This document shows positions 1-14,190 of a DNA stretch of 64,000 nucleotides, piece by piece (the stretch's first letter is position 1; the number at the start of each line of letters is the position of its first letter). A model generated the notes under the pieces. It saw only the letters and a program-made list of their open reading frames with translations, did no database searches and was not told the origin of the DNA. The stretch comes from Pseudovirgaria hyperparasitica (lineage: Eukaryota). The DNA lies in NCBI GenBank assembly GCA_010093815.1, contig ML996571.1; one strand, given 5' to 3'. Made by a program: the position numbers and the translations under genes.

Positions 1-3000
1 CCTCGTCGTCATCATCATCGAGGAGATCATTTGCAAGCACATCTGCACTCTCGTCCAACCCCTCCTCATCATCGTCGTCGTCGCTATCGACCTTCTTCGC
101 CTTCTTCGGCGCAGCCTTTGAGGCAGCAGGCTTCGCAGCTGGTTTCGCGGCAGCCTTTGCCTGCTTCGACGCATACGCCTTCGCAGCAGGACTCAATGTG
201 AGGGGTTTGTTCGCCACGGCCGCCGCAGCTTTCTTCGACACAAGCTTAGCCTTCGGGGCTGGCTTCGCGCTGGCGGCAGGCTTCTTGATGTTGATCTTCG
301 TCTTCGAAAGGACGGGCAGGTCATCGTCGTCGCTGCCCGAGATCATGGTATCTGCTGCGCGAGCAACAGGGCGCTCAGGGCTGGCTTCCGGAACGAGCTT
401 GGCGAAATCGGTGGTATCCATGTCGTCTTCTGACAGATCGGCCAGTTTGGGTGCTGCGCGGCCTAGGGGCTTGGGTGGTAGACCCTGCCTGCTGGACGGA
501 CGTGAGGTTTCCGGGAAAAATTGGCGCGTCGTGGTCTCTGTGGAGCGGGCGCCAATCCCCTTGACCAGGTTGCTGACGTCAAAGTCATCGGCGCCGTCTT
601 CGGAAGAGTCGTCAGATAGGACGTAGCTGGTTGTCTTTTTGGCCGCGGCGCGGCCGGCTGCTCGTGCAGCCGGTCTCTTTGTGACCACCTCTTCTTCTTC
701 TTCCTCCTCTTCTTCACCCAGATCTGCAAACACGTCCTCATCTTCATCTTCAGATTCGACTTTCTTGGCAGCCTTTGCAGGTTTCTTTGCGGGTGCCGCA
801 GCAGCTTTCTTGGCCTTGGTTGCAGCTTTGGCAGGTGCAGGTGCAGGTGCAGGCGCAGGCGCGTCAGATTCGACATCAACCATGTCTACATCTTCCTTTG
901 ATGAACTTGCAGAGCTCTTTGTAGCCTCACCCCCCAAAGCGCTAATCAATGCCTTCGAGCCACTCGGCTTCGCGGGCTCCGGCTTCTTGTTGAGATAGCT
1001 GAGCATAGTTGACGGTTTCGCCGCGGCCTTTTTCGGTTTCTTGACTTCAAAGTCCGAGTCGCTAAACTCGTCGCTGTCGCCGGCCTTTCTCTTCTTACCC
1101 TTACCGCCCTTGGACGCGCCGATGCCAAGTTTGGTAGAGGTGCGACGACCAAGTCTGGCGATCCTCTTCGACTCTTTCGCGTCTTCATCAAGCACAGTAT
1201 GCCACTCATCGAGGAAGTCGTCGAGATCTGCGATCCAGAGATCTTTCGGCGTCAACTTTATCAATGTGTCGATTTCAACCTCCTTGTCTCCGATCTGCTT
1301 CAGCAATCTGTCAACGCGCTCTTGAGTCAGCGACCAGATAGCCATCTAGAAAAAGTGGTCAGCGTTGGTTTGATACAAGGGCGGATGGTGCTTACGCCTA
1401 GCAAGTAATCGAAATCGCTCAAGCCAGCCTCCTCGTCAACATCGTTCTCGTCCTCCTGCGCGTCCTCCATCTCACCCATTTTCTTTGCCTGGGAAACCTT
1501 GGGAAATCGCTTGAACTTCGACCGGGTCAACTCTTCGACGAGAATAGACTTCTTCTTCTTGGAGACAACAAGAGTACCGTCGATAATCATCTTGATGAAT
1601 CGAGACTGATTGCTCAGCTTGTCAAGGTCCTTTTGCATCTCACTAAGCAAATGTTCCTAGAGTCCCCATTAGCATGTTCACCATCAAGCATGTAAAGAAA
1701 AACGACATACCTTGCGCATCTGATAGAACTTGAATCGGACCTGATAGAATTCTTCCATCATATCAAGCGTAGTGGCATACTTCTGTATCCTTCCCTGATG
1801 GTCAAAGGCAACCAGATTGGTAGTAGTCATGGTCTTGACGAGCTTGAACGTGTCCTCCAGACCCTTTGCCAAGGCCGCTGCCATGTGTTTATCGTCCATC
1901 TTGATGATGAAATGGACCTTCTCGTGGGTATTGTACTCGGTGTAATCCTTGATGAAGGAAGGGACCTTCTCGGCGCGAAGTATATCTTCGAGATTCTCCT
2001 TGAAAACCTGAGTCCACATCCGGATTGGCAATTCTGTAATCTCAATCTCGGTGTCGCTGATCTGTCGCACGGTACCAGTAAACTTGAATTTGTGTTCTTC
2101 GAGAGCTTCGACCGCTCCTGTGAACCCTCGGAACCAAGGCGTCATAGGCACCATGTCCTCTTTACTTCCTTCCATGCGTCGCTTGAGGTTGTCGATAATG
2201 TCCTCGGGCTTGTAGTTGGGTATGTTCGTGCTCCAACCAGTGCCAATACCATCCGCTCCGTTGACCAGAACCATGGGCAGAATCGGTACATACCAGTCCG
2301 GCTCTATCGTATTGCCATCGCTCACCTGATACTTCAGCAGCGCCTCGTCGGCGGGGTTGAAGATCTTCCTGGCAAAAGGTGAAAGTCTAGTATAGATGTA
2401 ACGAGCGCTGGCAGCATCTGCACCGCCCTGAAGACGACTCCCGAAATTACCGCTTGGCTCCAGGATGTTGATGTTGTTTGACCCGACGAAGTTCTGCGCC
2501 AGTGCAGTGATGGTCTGCTGCATGGACGCATCGCCATATGCGTAGTCGGTCAGACCGGTCACGGAACCCGCCAGATCCACGACTTTGGTGTCCTTTTTCA
2601 GATTACGCTTGAAGCAGGTGTAAATGATCTTCCGCTGGCCTGGCTTGAAGCCATCCACCAGTGAAGGCAACGAGCGGAGATTGTCGGCCATGGAAAACAG
2701 GATCAGCTCCTTGTTGACAAAGTCATCGTACGAGATCTTTGGCGTGGTTAGATCGATGTACGTGCCTGGAACGAAGTCTCGCAGCCATTCCTTACGAGCG
2801 TCGGCTTTCTTTTTCGAGAATGCCAATTCAATCAGGGGTACCTCAGTGTCACGCATAGTATGAAACTCCTTCAGATGCTTATCGAGATCACGGAAGTAGA
2901 CTTGAGCGTCTTCAGGCCGACTGGTACCCAATCCCTTGAAGTACTTGTGATCCCAGCCCTTCTGATGCCCGGGCTGCTCTTTCCACTCTTCGTACTCTGG

Positions 3001-5286
3001 CATGGTAAAGAAAGAGACAGACTTTGTAGGTTTCTTGATGTCACCTTTCCAGGTCTTGACGATGGGCGTCAGGAACTGCATCAAGAAACCATCAATCTTG
3101 AGTAAGCTCGGGAATTGAACTTGCAAGAAGTTGATTAGCAAGCCTTTGATATGGCTCCCATCATGATCCTGATCGGTCATAATCATTATATGACCGTATC
3201 GAAGACCCTTCGTATCCGTGTAATCCTTTTTATGTTGAAGTCCAATGAACTTCTTAATGTTCTGGATTTCCGTATTTTTGGAGATCTGATCAATGGAAGC
3301 ATCCCGAACATTCAGCAGTTTACCACGAAGTGGAAACACACCGAAAAGATCAGGATTGACGACAGCACGTCCAGCAAGCGCAAGCGCCATGGCAGAGTCA
3401 CCTTCTGTCAAGATGAGTGTGCATCTATAACCATCCTTGGTACCGGCTTTGTTGGCATCAGTCAGCTTGGCATTGTTCATGCGCTGTCTTTTCCCGCCGT
3501 CGGACTTCTTCAAGACCTGATCTGCCTTCTGCTGTGCGAAATGCATAATGTTCTTGACAGCGTCGGTCTTCGCGATCTCCTTGAGGAACTTTTCGCTGAC
3601 TGTGACTTTGCTACCGAATTGGCTAACTTTCGTAGTCAACTGCTCCTTGGTCTGAGACGTGAAGGCGGGATTTACGATGAGACAGTTGACGAAGAGGAAG
3701 ATGTGGTTTTTGATATGGTTGTTTTTAAGTTGCACACCACCCTTGTTCTTCTTCTTGACAATGTCCATCAGCTTGTCGACAACCTGGTCTGCAATATAAT
3801 TGACGTGTGTTCCGCCGGTAGTTGTCGCGATGGAATTGACGAAGGAAACCTGTTGGAAAGACCCATCGGACACAGCGAAGCCTATCTGCCATCGATCGTG
3901 CTCGTCGGTCAGGATGACGTCCATCTTCTTGGCCTCTTCCTCGCCCTCTTCACGGGCCTGTTCCGAACGGATGGCCTTGGTGTACATTTGCATATACTTC
4001 TTAAAGCTATTCACAGCGATTCTCTCACCATTCAGCCAGACTCTGACACCGTTACATGTACCTGCGAGATCGTAAACTCTACGCTTTGCAAGAGCCTCGA
4101 AGTCATCGTCCATGGCTTCCATATTAAATCTCTTAAAGTCTGCCTTGAACGTAACTTTTGTGAAATCAGAGCCCTTGGCTGTAGTGATGCTGGCCTTGCC
4201 CATTTTGCTCATATTGTTGGTCCATGTCTGCTTGTATCGTTTCCCGTTCGTGGAATCATTCGTTTCTAGTGTGAATTGTGTACTGAAAACGTTGCAAAGT
4301 TTTGCACCGTATCCATTTCTACCACCAGTGACCTTTTGTTGGTCGTCATCATAGTTGGAGGATGTCAAAAGATGACCGAATATCATCTCAGGGATGTACA
4401 TGCCCTCTTTCTTCATTCAGAGTCAGTTTGTTGCCCATTCGCAAACAGGAGGTAATGGGCTACTTACACCGTGAATCTCAACAGGTATACCCTTTCCGTT
4501 GTTCTGTACACTTATTTCTCCTTGCTCGCGATCTATGGTGACCTTTATTGTGTCCATGCTTGGGTCACGCTGCTTGTTGTCTGCAGCATTGACCAGAATC
4601 TCGTCGAAGATTTTGTACAAGCCGGGGGTATATGTAATCTCGCGGGACTCCATAGCCTGTGTAGTAGAGCTGTACACCCACATTGTAGCTTTCGTAGGTT
4701 CGACAGAGCCGATGTAGGTATCAGGACGTTTGATGATGTGCTCCAGCTGCGTAAGCTGGAGGTATTTGTTAGTACACAGGCAAAACTGCTAACTGTGATC
4801 TAGCTTACCTTCTGATATTTCTCAGTCGATCCTCCAGTGGCTTTAGGTGCTTCTTCCTTGTCCATGTCATAACTATCATTGTCAATCTCGGCCAGCACTT
4901 TTCCATTTGATTTCTTTGGCCCAGAGGCCTTCTTTTGACGCTTCGCACTCGGCGGGGTAACGGACAGTAGAGAGTCATCATTCATAGCATCATCATCAAC
5001 CACATCTATATCATCATTCTCGTCATCGGAAACAGGCTTTGCGCGCTTCTTTGGCGCGGCTTTGGCGGCCTTTGGGGCTTTGGGTGCTTTCAGCGTGCTT
5101 TGCTTCTTGGGCGGAGCTTTCGTTTTTGTTGCTGCAGCTTTCTTTGGCGGAGCTTTGACTTTCTAGAATATGGTTTGTGAGCTGAGAGTACAAAGCTGGA
5201 CTGTCTGTGTCAATTCTCACAGGCTTGGGCGCGGCCTCAAAGTCGGACTCGTCCGCGCCAAAGTCGAAAGCCGAGTCGTCGCTCAT
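1..5286 (-). CDS. TOP2: DNA topoisomerase II (6 exons predicted; 3' end beyond window start)
   Basis: ATPase motifs EILVNAADN and GGRNGYGAK, TOPRIM EGDSA / PLRGK / IMTDQDHDGSH, catalytic ASARYI. ATG at 5286; introns about 5220-5163, 4808-4756, 4467-4411, 1710-1657, 1395-1346; low-complexity K/A/D-rich C-terminus still open at position 1. Confidence 0.97.
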
Positions 5287-5728
5287 GCTGGAGGCAGAAA
5301 GGTTGACTGGGAGGCCGTATCGTCTCGATTGAGACGAATATGTAGAATGTGCCGCCCTTATTTGCTTACGTTCCTGACGGAAGACATCAAAGACAGGACA
5401 GAGGATTGTTGTAGTGAGTGGGCGACGCGACCACATGGCGCCAATGTAAACATGCTAAATCCAGGGTCCAGCCTTGGAACACTCATGGGATGGTCGGGGT
5501 CACGTGGTGATTTTAGTATTTGAGGGTTCACTTCCATTCGACGCCGTACAACCCCTTGAATTGATCCTGAGTATATTCATTGCGCAAAGAAGGATCAACT
5601 CCTCTGCTCTACAGTACGACTAACAAGCCTTTGCTCTCCACCACCAAGAGGCGTCGTAGTTATGGCAAGATAAGCTTTCATCGTCATCTCATGTTCAAAA
5701 CAGATTTCTATCCATATCTAGGAAATAT

Positions 5729-7227
5729 CTATAGGGCAAAGCCCTGCGTATTATGCGCTGCCTCGGGTAATGGCATCGGTGTGATATCTTCGATCGCCTC
5801 ATGAACTGGCGTATCTGATGCATCCTCAGCACGAGGCTCTTCCGGGATGACACCATTCAACCTTCCAATATCAATACTTCCGAGCCTCTCCGGCCTCTCA
5901 TAAACATTCTCAACCGTAGAAACGTCACCCTCAGTGATTGTCGGAAATGCCGTGAACACTCCTTCAATGTCTCCCCACCAAGTCTCCCCGTACTTTATAT
6001 ACCAACCCACAGTTGTCTTGAAGCCTTCCTCCCAACTCGTCTTCTGCGACCATCCTAGCTGCTTCAGTTTACTCCCGTCTACTGCATACCGCCGATCGTT
6101 GAAGGGCCTGTCCTGCGTGTGCTGCACACACATGTAGAATTCGCTGCTTGTCGAGTTCGGATACCCGAAATAGTCCAACAACTGCGAACACAAATTCAGG
6201 TTCGAGATCTCGTCGTTTGACGGGATGTTGTAAACCTGCCCCATCGTGCCCTTGTGTAGAATCGTGTCAAACGCATCACACGCATCTCCTGCGTACAGAT
6301 ATTTGCGCGCATGCTTTCCGTCCCCATGCAGCAGCAGTTTCTGCTGTCTGTTCAGCAGACACGTGAATTTCGGAATCACTTTCTCCGGGTATTGGTGCGG
6401 GCCGTATACATTATTGCTCCGAATGATCATGACGGGCAATTTAAAGCTCTTCCAGTACCCATTGACCAGCATCTCGGCCGCCGCTTTGCTCGCCGCATAT
6501 GGATTTGTCGGCGCCAGGATCGTATTCTCGATTAACCCCTCCTCGTCATCACTGACCTCGCCATAAACTTCGTCGGTGGAGATATGCACGAAACGCTTCA
6601 GTCCGACTTCGCGCGCCGACTCGAGCAGCACGTGTGTGCCAAATACGTTTGTGTTTGTGAACTCGTAGCTGTTGCCGAAAGATAGATCGACGTGTGATTG
6701 CGCGGCAAAATGCAGAATGGTGTCAATCTTATGTTCGACCAGGCACGCACGTACAGTGGAGGGGTTGGTAATATCACCGTGTACAAATCTGAAGTTGTTG
6801 CTGGTGCCGAGGGAGCGGATATTAGACATGGAGGCACAGTAGTCGAGTTTGTCGTAGCATACAATGTTGTAGTCGTCAGGGTATGTTAGAGTCAGGTGGC
6901 GGACTACCCACGATGCGCTATGTATGATATTATTGACTGTCGTCCTTTAAGTTGGGCATTGCTTACATGAAACCTGCTCCACCGGTCACGAGGATGTTCT
7001 TCATGTCGGGGAGGGGGTCGAATTTGGTGGTGCCTTTGAAGACGGGGGCTTCTCTCCACAGGCCATTGTCGTCAAACAGATGTCCTTCAACGTCTACTTG
7101 GACTGTATCTAGTCAGTCTTCCTTTCGGTAGTACAACAGAGATCTGAGCCGTACCAAAACTGGCGAGGCCAGTGGGTAACAAAGCTGGTGAAGTGCCGCT
7201 GATTCTTCTTCGTCGAAGGTGGCTCAT
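5729..7227 (-). CDS. UDP/dTDP-glucose 4,6-dehydratase (extended SDR, first step of NDP-rhamnose synthesis)
   Basis: Spliced NILVTGGAGFI Rossmann motif, HFAAQSHVD, STDEVYG, YAASK, RSNNVYGP, DRPFNDRRY; two 5' introns (about 7154-7108, 6966-6918). Confidence 0.93.
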
Positions 7228-7968
7228 GATATCAGAAAGGGCGATGCCCGACAGGAACGATTCCACGTGTTGAGTATTTACTCTTTATGTCATGGCTTTT
7301 CAATCCTTTGCAATTGCAGGCCTGATCAATGCAATGTTGAGAGGTCCCGTAGTTTGCCTATTGGCGCGTCCTCATCATGTACAAAAGATTAAATGTATTC
7401 AGTCGCGATAGCTGCGAGACGTGTCAAGAAATACGATATCAGCAGACACTGCCAACGTATACGAATAGAGACATGAGTATCTGACGCTGAGGTAGTTATT
7501 ATCGGCCCTACTGACTAAGTTGGGGCTTTGATCGACCTTTGAATGTAACCTGGCTGCGCCAAAATTTACGTGCCTGGCTTGCAAGGACGCTAGTATTTCC
7601 CGTGTGGCGCTCACTCTGAGTGCCGCTGACCCGTGGGAATGGTTTTGCAATGGGTCGAATGGTGATCCGATATTTGCCTTTAATTTATTCCTCCATGGTC
7701 ATCAGTGTCCAAAGGCTGTGGAGTGTATATGAGCTGTTTGACTGTTTCTACTGTGAACCTGCAGCCGTTGAGGTTTGGTTGAATCACTTGTGTAGAGTTC
7801 GTTAGGCTTCACCAAAAAAGAATATCAAATCAACGAGCCAGCGACGAATGCCGCCCTTCCTGGGTATCTCCGTTTTGTAGTAACCATAACGCCCATAATG
7901 TGCACGCCGCCGCAGACAGAAGGCTGTGTTCCAAGAGACCGCACAAGATATCCCTTTGGGTATTTCCA

Positions 7969-8607
7969 TCAGCATATAATCCCATTATCTGCATCATCCT
8001 CAACTTTCTCCTTCCCACCCGGCAGTCCCTTTCTTCTCCTCTCATTCCGCTTCCTCCTCTTCTCCTCCCTCTCCTCTCTCTCTCTCTGCTCCGCAACCTC
8101 CAGCCTGATACCCAAATCCACAACTCCCTCCTCTGCTTCCTCCTCCTTCTTCCTCTTCAACCACCTCAGTCTTTCCCTCACCTCCTCTACAGTTGCCTCC
8201 CTCACATCCCCAGTCTCGCCCACGGCGACTAGATGCTGCCGGCTATTTTGATGCTCCACCCACTGAATGTTATCCTTGAATGTCAGATCACACGCCTCAC
8301 AATAGAAGCCAGCTCCTCTGCCCCTCTTCCCAACCGCTGCTCCAGCACTAATAATCTGAGTCTTGCCGACCATACTCCCGAAATCCAAACGTGTTGCGCG
8401 TGCAACTGTGTCTTTGGCATCTGGGGGTGTTGCCGCGCGCTTGTGATATTTCTTGCCTGCCAGTTTGGCTTCGTACCTTTCGCGCCCTTCTTCGCGGCGG
8501 GCGGCATCACGTTCTGCGGCCTTTTCGGCATATTCGGCGCGGTCCCAGGTCTTGCGGAAGGAGGTATCGCCGGCAGCTGTGCCGTAGGCGCTTTGTTGTT
8601 TTGACAT
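7969..8607 (-). CDS. SNU23: U4/U6.U5 snRNP matrin-type zinc finger protein (Snu23/ZMAT2)
   Basis: FRKTWDR N-terminus, GFYCEACDLTFKD...EHQNSRQH zinc finger, charged C-terminal coiled coil. Confidence 0.88.
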   Translation of the reverse strand: MSKQQSAYGTAAGDTSFRKTWDRAEYAEKAAERDAARREEGRERYEAKLAGKKYHKRAATPPDAKDTVARATRLDFGSMVGKTQIISAGAAVGKRGRGAGFYCEACDLTFKDNIQWVEHQNSRQHLVAVGETGDVREATVEEVRERLRWLKRKKEEEAEEGVVDLGIRLEVAEQREREEREEKRRKRNERRRKGLPGGKEKVEDDADNGIIC

Positions 8608-9109
8608 GCTCTTTAGAGCACGATAATACGCCGAGATGGAGAGTAGTTATTAGTGTCTCTTGCTGAATAGCGCTGCAATGATAGCAGCGTCCGCTAGGGT
8701 GGGAGTGTGCGCTCCTAGAATGAGCTACGCGGGTGCAATTTGGTGCTGTTGTGGACCTATGGAGCGGTCTTCAATGTGTATGAAGATGAGCATACATTTA
8801 TTGTATTGTAGATGTAATAGAGAGCGAGGAGAAGGATGGCATACGTCTCAGAATTCGGTCTTTGAAAGTACGGACTCGAGGAACCTATGTAATAGGGCTG
8901 AGGGCCCAAGCTCCCAAATCTAGCTGCTCTCCGTTCTGATTGGATATGTAGACTAGTAATAATATCAATCCAGCCTGAGCTCGAAGTGTATGTCTTCTAC
9001 AGTTATCGTTCTTAGACGTCTTGTGCGAACAGACTCCCCGAAAACTGCGTTCCCATCCGATATGTACCTGGCACAAACATTTACACGCCTGCGCTCATTG
9101 CTGGTATAC

Positions 9110-11822
9110 CTATCTGTCTCGTGATGCCTTTGCATCCACCCACTGATACAAACTCAACCGATCCGGCGCGCCGCAAAGAGTTGCTCTATCTCCCGCACAC
9201 CTTGTGAAGCAATCAGATTCCGGTGCAACAGTCGCGGACGGGCCCAATTCATTACCGCACCAACATTCCCGCCCATACTCCGTACCAAAATACCTAGACC
9301 CATTACAGTAGTCCTTGCACTCGCCCACCGTCAAGCCCGTATCGTCGCTTATCACAACTGGGCCTAACACGCGCGCACTTCTCATGTCAACATAGCACGC
9401 CTTATACTCATACCCTTCAATCGGTGGATTGGCTGGTGCGATATATGCCTCGTTCTGGTATACTGAGAGGCGGTCAGGGCCACCGCAAATCTCTTTATCA
9501 TCGCCGGAGCAAGGCATGTTGCAATCGTACTCGGGAGCGAGTACTGAGTTAAGCGTGTTGCCACAAAAGCATTGATACGTATATTCGAGGCCATAGAAGC
9601 TATACTCGGAGCAGAAAGTAGCGCAATTAGCGAGGGTCAGGGTCAAGTGATCATTCGTAGCGGACCCGTTGAGGGCGCGACCACTGACCGAGTCAATGTA
9701 GCAGCCTTGGTAGTTGGATGCGAATGTGGGCGTAGGGGTCGGTGCGGCGTCTTCAGACGAGGAGAGGAGAGTCGATAACATCGAGTCATACGAGATCAAA
9801 GAAGAAGCCGAATCAGCAGAAGATGAAATTGTTAAGCGATCGACAGCCGAAGAAGCAGAATCCAAAATATCGCTGGTAGACGGTATCGATGGAGTGACGG
9901 TCTCTATGATAGACGTGGGCGTAGGGGTAAAAGAGCCAGCAGAAGATGACCCGTCCGAGGTTGAAGAAGCTGCACTTGATCTTATGATTGAGGTGAGTAT
10001 CGTGGTTGGAGTTGACGGCGGCGTTGACGATAAGCTAGGTGATGACGATGATAACACTGACAATGAGGCTGGTGGAGAATCGAGAGGATTTCCAACGCTC
10101 TGTAGCGGGACGCATTCGCTGGGCAGATCACTGGTCAGCTTGAATGCATCGGTCAACCGACTGGCACCAGCTCCCGCTGACACATTAAAGACTGTGTTGA
10201 GAGCCTGGCTGGTGTTCAAAGCATATGCTAAGGCATAGAGGCTGTATGGACCAACAGTGTACTGTTTGCTCATGGTGTAAGATTCAACCGAAAGAGCTGG
10301 GATATCGATGGGCACGTTCCGTCGCGCAACCTTGAAGACGAGGGATGTGTTCACAGGCAGAGTAGCTGTTTCGTCACGGACCTAATCGTTATCAGCCAAA
10401 GATCTAGGATGTGCATCTTATGCCAGTGGACTCTCACGGCTGCTACAATAGTCATGTTCTTCTTGTCAGGGCTTGCGCTGTCTTTGATGCAACTTTGAGG
10501 ACTTTGCAATATGATAGAGTCTTGCACGGGATATCCGGCGCCATTGTTGTCGAAAATCTCCTGCTGTCCATCCGTTCTTGTAACAGCGATATTGAAGCTT
10601 GAAATCGATGAATTTGCCTGGATTTGGCTTGCAAAACTGAAAAACTGACATCAGTCAGTTTTGAAGAGCCGCAAGAAATGACTTGACATACGGAAAAGGA
10701 GTCATCGAAGCCATTAGCTCTCCCAGCTTCGGTCGAAGCATCGATAGTACAAGCTCCGCATACGTTCCCGCCAGTACGATCCCTGTAAACCAATTGTACG
10801 CTCGCTATTTGAGCCGCAGACCGAGTTGTTGTCCGAATGCGAATCTCTCCTGTGAAAGCCATACTCGAGCCACCATCTAGCAAGCGTAGCTGTAATGCTA
10901 TAGGCTTGGCCTCATAGGGTATGAGTGGATCTGTGAGCCTAACACTTGTTGGAACAACATCAATCAACTTCTGCAAGACCCTGGCGCAGGTTGATCGAAA
11001 TGTGTCAGGATTGGTCAGCGAGGTGATGGTTACATTGTTGTCGGCTTTAAATATTCGCCCATCTGAATCCCTGGTGTTCTTGGTCGAAGGCCCCACGACG
11101 AGAGGATCAGTGCTGTTATTTGCGAGGAAATCAGTGGCAATTTTCGTGTCGAAGGTGGCAGTCTTGTCGAACTGAGCAAAATCGTCAGGAGCTGTTCCGG
11201 CTGGCACAATCTCCGGAAAGAAGGCTGCATGTACTCCACCAGTCGTATGACCACAGGCTGTGACAGCAATCATGTCGGAAAGGTTGAAGCCAACGCGATT
11301 GAACTGGTTCTGAAAAGTGCCAACAGAGTTCTGAGGTTGTGGTACAAAAGCTGTGGCACCAGATCTCGTAGCATCAATTCTGCCGGTTCGTATTGGTATG
11401 ACCGGGCCACCACAGGAACGAACAGCGGTGTACATGCCCATGGCAATCAGATCAGCCATGGAAGATCTGCTAGAGAAGAATGGCGCGAAGTTGAGGAGAG
11501 ACGAGTTGAAAGCGGTCCCAATGTTCTCCAAGGCCTTCGTTTCGTACATGATTGAAGCGTCCATACCCCCAGCAGTGGAAGAAACGACACCAGCAATCAT
11601 GTCGTGAAATGCAGTCCGGATCCATTCGGCGGCAGTAATACGGCCAGGACCTTTGGACGAGAACGAACAGGGTGTGACTTCAGTTGAGAACCCTTTAGCT
11701 CGATAGCCAGTGTTGAGAAACATGATATCCTCAAGCTCGTCCATAGTGGACGGCCATGTTGGGGCGGCATTCGCGTAAAGTGCCAGGGAAACGCATATCG
11801 AAACAAATTGCCACTGAACCAT
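9110..11822 (-). CDS. Secreted heme-peroxidase-like protein with Ser/Thr linker and two C-terminal WSC domains
   Basis: Signal peptide MVQWQFVSICVSLALYANA; RTAFHD distal motif, GRIDA, GHTTGGVH proximal His; two Cys-rich WSC repeats (YQGCYID..., YKACYVD...); introns near 10691-10646 and 10437-10382 join the two ORFs. Confidence 0.85.
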
Positions 11823-12716
11823 GGCCCAGGGCCGGTGGGAATTATTGACAGCTAGGAATTTCGAAATGATGTTGGTCCCAGTTTGAAGAATCACCGGGTC
11901 AATTTGCTCGACCTTTGAAGAGATCAACGACTGCTTTAGCAATAAGGCATCGTGGGACCCACGTGGCTATATAAACTAGGATTCTAGGAGAAGACTTGAT
12001 ACAGAGTTCATCGGCAGGCTCATGAACGATATCTGACCAGGCGAATAAGACGGCATATTACAGGAAGATGAGTTGGCGTACATGGCCAACACCACATGGT
12101 TTCTGGTTGAGTAAGACGCAAATTACAAAAATGGAGTGGGTAAGAAAATGGCGTGTTCATGTTCAGAGCATCCATGCCGAGCTTAAGCAAGCCGGTCCAA
12201 GTTCCGACTTGGCGAATTCGATACTTCTTAGTGTTGCAGACAAGATGGTGAGTTGCAGTAGTCTTGACGCGGCCGACGTTGTGGATGGTTACTTTATGTG
12301 GTGGCGCTGATTGGCGTTCAATCGTCTGACTCCTCGGTGCTCGGCCTCAAGCCTTAGCGGTATCTTCCACGCGAGTAATGCTGTGCTCTCCAAGACTCTC
12401 ATTCATGACTCGCTCTGCATTGTTTGCTTATTCACATATCTCGGGATTTTCACTCCATGTGACCGGAGTGCTTGTTGTTTCTGCGATGAGAAAAAGAGAG
12501 CTCGTCACTGGGACTCCTCGACAGTGGAATACTAACACCCAAAAATCCACACACCGTCCACGAGGCATTAGGTAGTCGATTCGAGTTGAGAGCAGGAAAT
12601 ATTGATCCGAGGAGGTAGTGTGCATATAAATTTTCTCAGTCATGATGGTTTCAATATTTCCTTGATCGATCTGCTAAGTCTAAGACGAATTCGTGTCCTC
12701 GTGAAGAGCCACGGGC

Positions 12717-14190
12717 TCAACAGCTTCGATTGCGATCTGAATTATACTGAGGCTTTATATCAATATGTGTTGGCGTGGCAGGAGGTGCAATCGGATTATA
12801 GGCAACGAATTTGTTCGTCGCGGCTGGTGGCGTCACGTGCGTTAGAGGGGGGACGAGATTCGGGAATCGAGGTGGATCAGCAGTTTTTCGGGGTTTTCGA
12901 CGGCCTGTCACGCGGCGAGAGGAGAGTGTGCATGAGCCAGTTGCTGGGCCTCCGTTCCTTGTTGGCTTAGAGTGTGTGGGCTTTAGGGGAAGACGGGAGA
13001 GAGGGGCGGGATGGGAGTGTAGGTTCTGGAGACGTGAAGAGCGGCGGGAAGGAACTATGGATATGTTAATCTTGTGAGCGTTGGATGGTCTGGGCGTACG
13101 TACGCTGCTGCATACCATGCTTCTCCGGGGCATTGGAGATGGGTGATGGGTCACGCAGCTCAGCAGGTAGAACTGCTTTGTCCACTGTTGGCGTTGTCTT
13201 GAGGCGTGGCTCTGACGTCGGACTGGATGTGATATGCGCTACTGGCTGTATACGCGGCGGAGTCCCTGTTTCAAGCAAATAGGAAGAGAGTACAGACTCT
13301 GCAGAAGAAGATGTTATCTGGGCTGCCTGTAAGCGTGTGGAGCGACGTACGCCAACGCTCGTATTGCGCGTTTGGAAGACAGCGTCGTCATTTAGGAGAG
13401 CTCTCTTTGTCGTGTACGTATATGCGCCAGTCTTCGGGTTTCCTCTTTTCCTCTTCTTTGCGCCATCTTCCACAGGCTCGAAGTGGGAGAACACATACTC
13501 TTCCCCTTTGCCTACTCTATCGCGTTGTCCTTTGTATCTTTCTTGCAGGATATTCGTGCGTAAGACCGGCTTGAATCTCGCAGTCAGCAGCTCGAAAGCG
13601 CTCGTGTCGAATTTGTGTGTGATAGGGTCTTGAGGAACACCAAAGAGTGCGAGATCGCGAGGAGTATGTGAGAGGAGATCAGATGTGTGGCTAGCTTGAG
13701 TCTGGCCACGTGCGTAGTCGGAGTCGGTCGAATTGACCGCAGTTCTGATTGGTATAGGGGGAAAGGGAGGGCCGTTGGGATAAAGCCTTTTGTGCCTCTC
13801 CTGGCGAACAGAGTAGGCATCGAGATACACCGTCCAGGGTGATCTATGTTCGCCTCGGTAGAGCGGCCTTGGGTGGTTGCGTAAAGGCGAGGCATATTTA
13901 TTATCGAGTTGCGCGAGGTCGTCTTGGTCATCTAAGGGTGGCTGGCACCAGGACGCCAGCACTTCTATCTTGCCGGCGATAGGATCGTCACAAACAATTC
14001 GATTAGACTGGAGGCCAAGACGGGTATTCGACAGTTTGGTTTTGATATTCATGATTATGTCGGGTACGGAGTGCTTGGGGTCTAGTTGCGTTGAGGGAGA
14101 CTCGTTGGACCCATTTGAGGGACCGGCCACTCTTTTCGCCTCATTGAAACAGATTCTGCTCGACTCGTGTACTGCTGTAGTGGAAGGCAT
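12717..14190 (-). CDS. Hypothetical (orphan) protein, two exons
   Basis: 374-aa ORF joined in phase to ORF 12717-13154 by a predicted intron 13115-13055 (GTATGC...TTAAC...TAG); both halves carry an RRS(T/S)RLQ motif and basic patches. Confidence 0.55.

Noticed and set aside
830..862. GCAGGT hexamer repeat
   Set aside because: Encodes a Pro-Ala run in the disordered TOP2 C-terminus; not an independent element.
3151..4269. 372-aa plus-strand ORF and other long antisense ORFs (e.g. 1798-2382, 18106-18840, 44690-45469, 47860-48525)
   Set aside because: They lie opposite well-supported genes and are expected shadows of codon bias.
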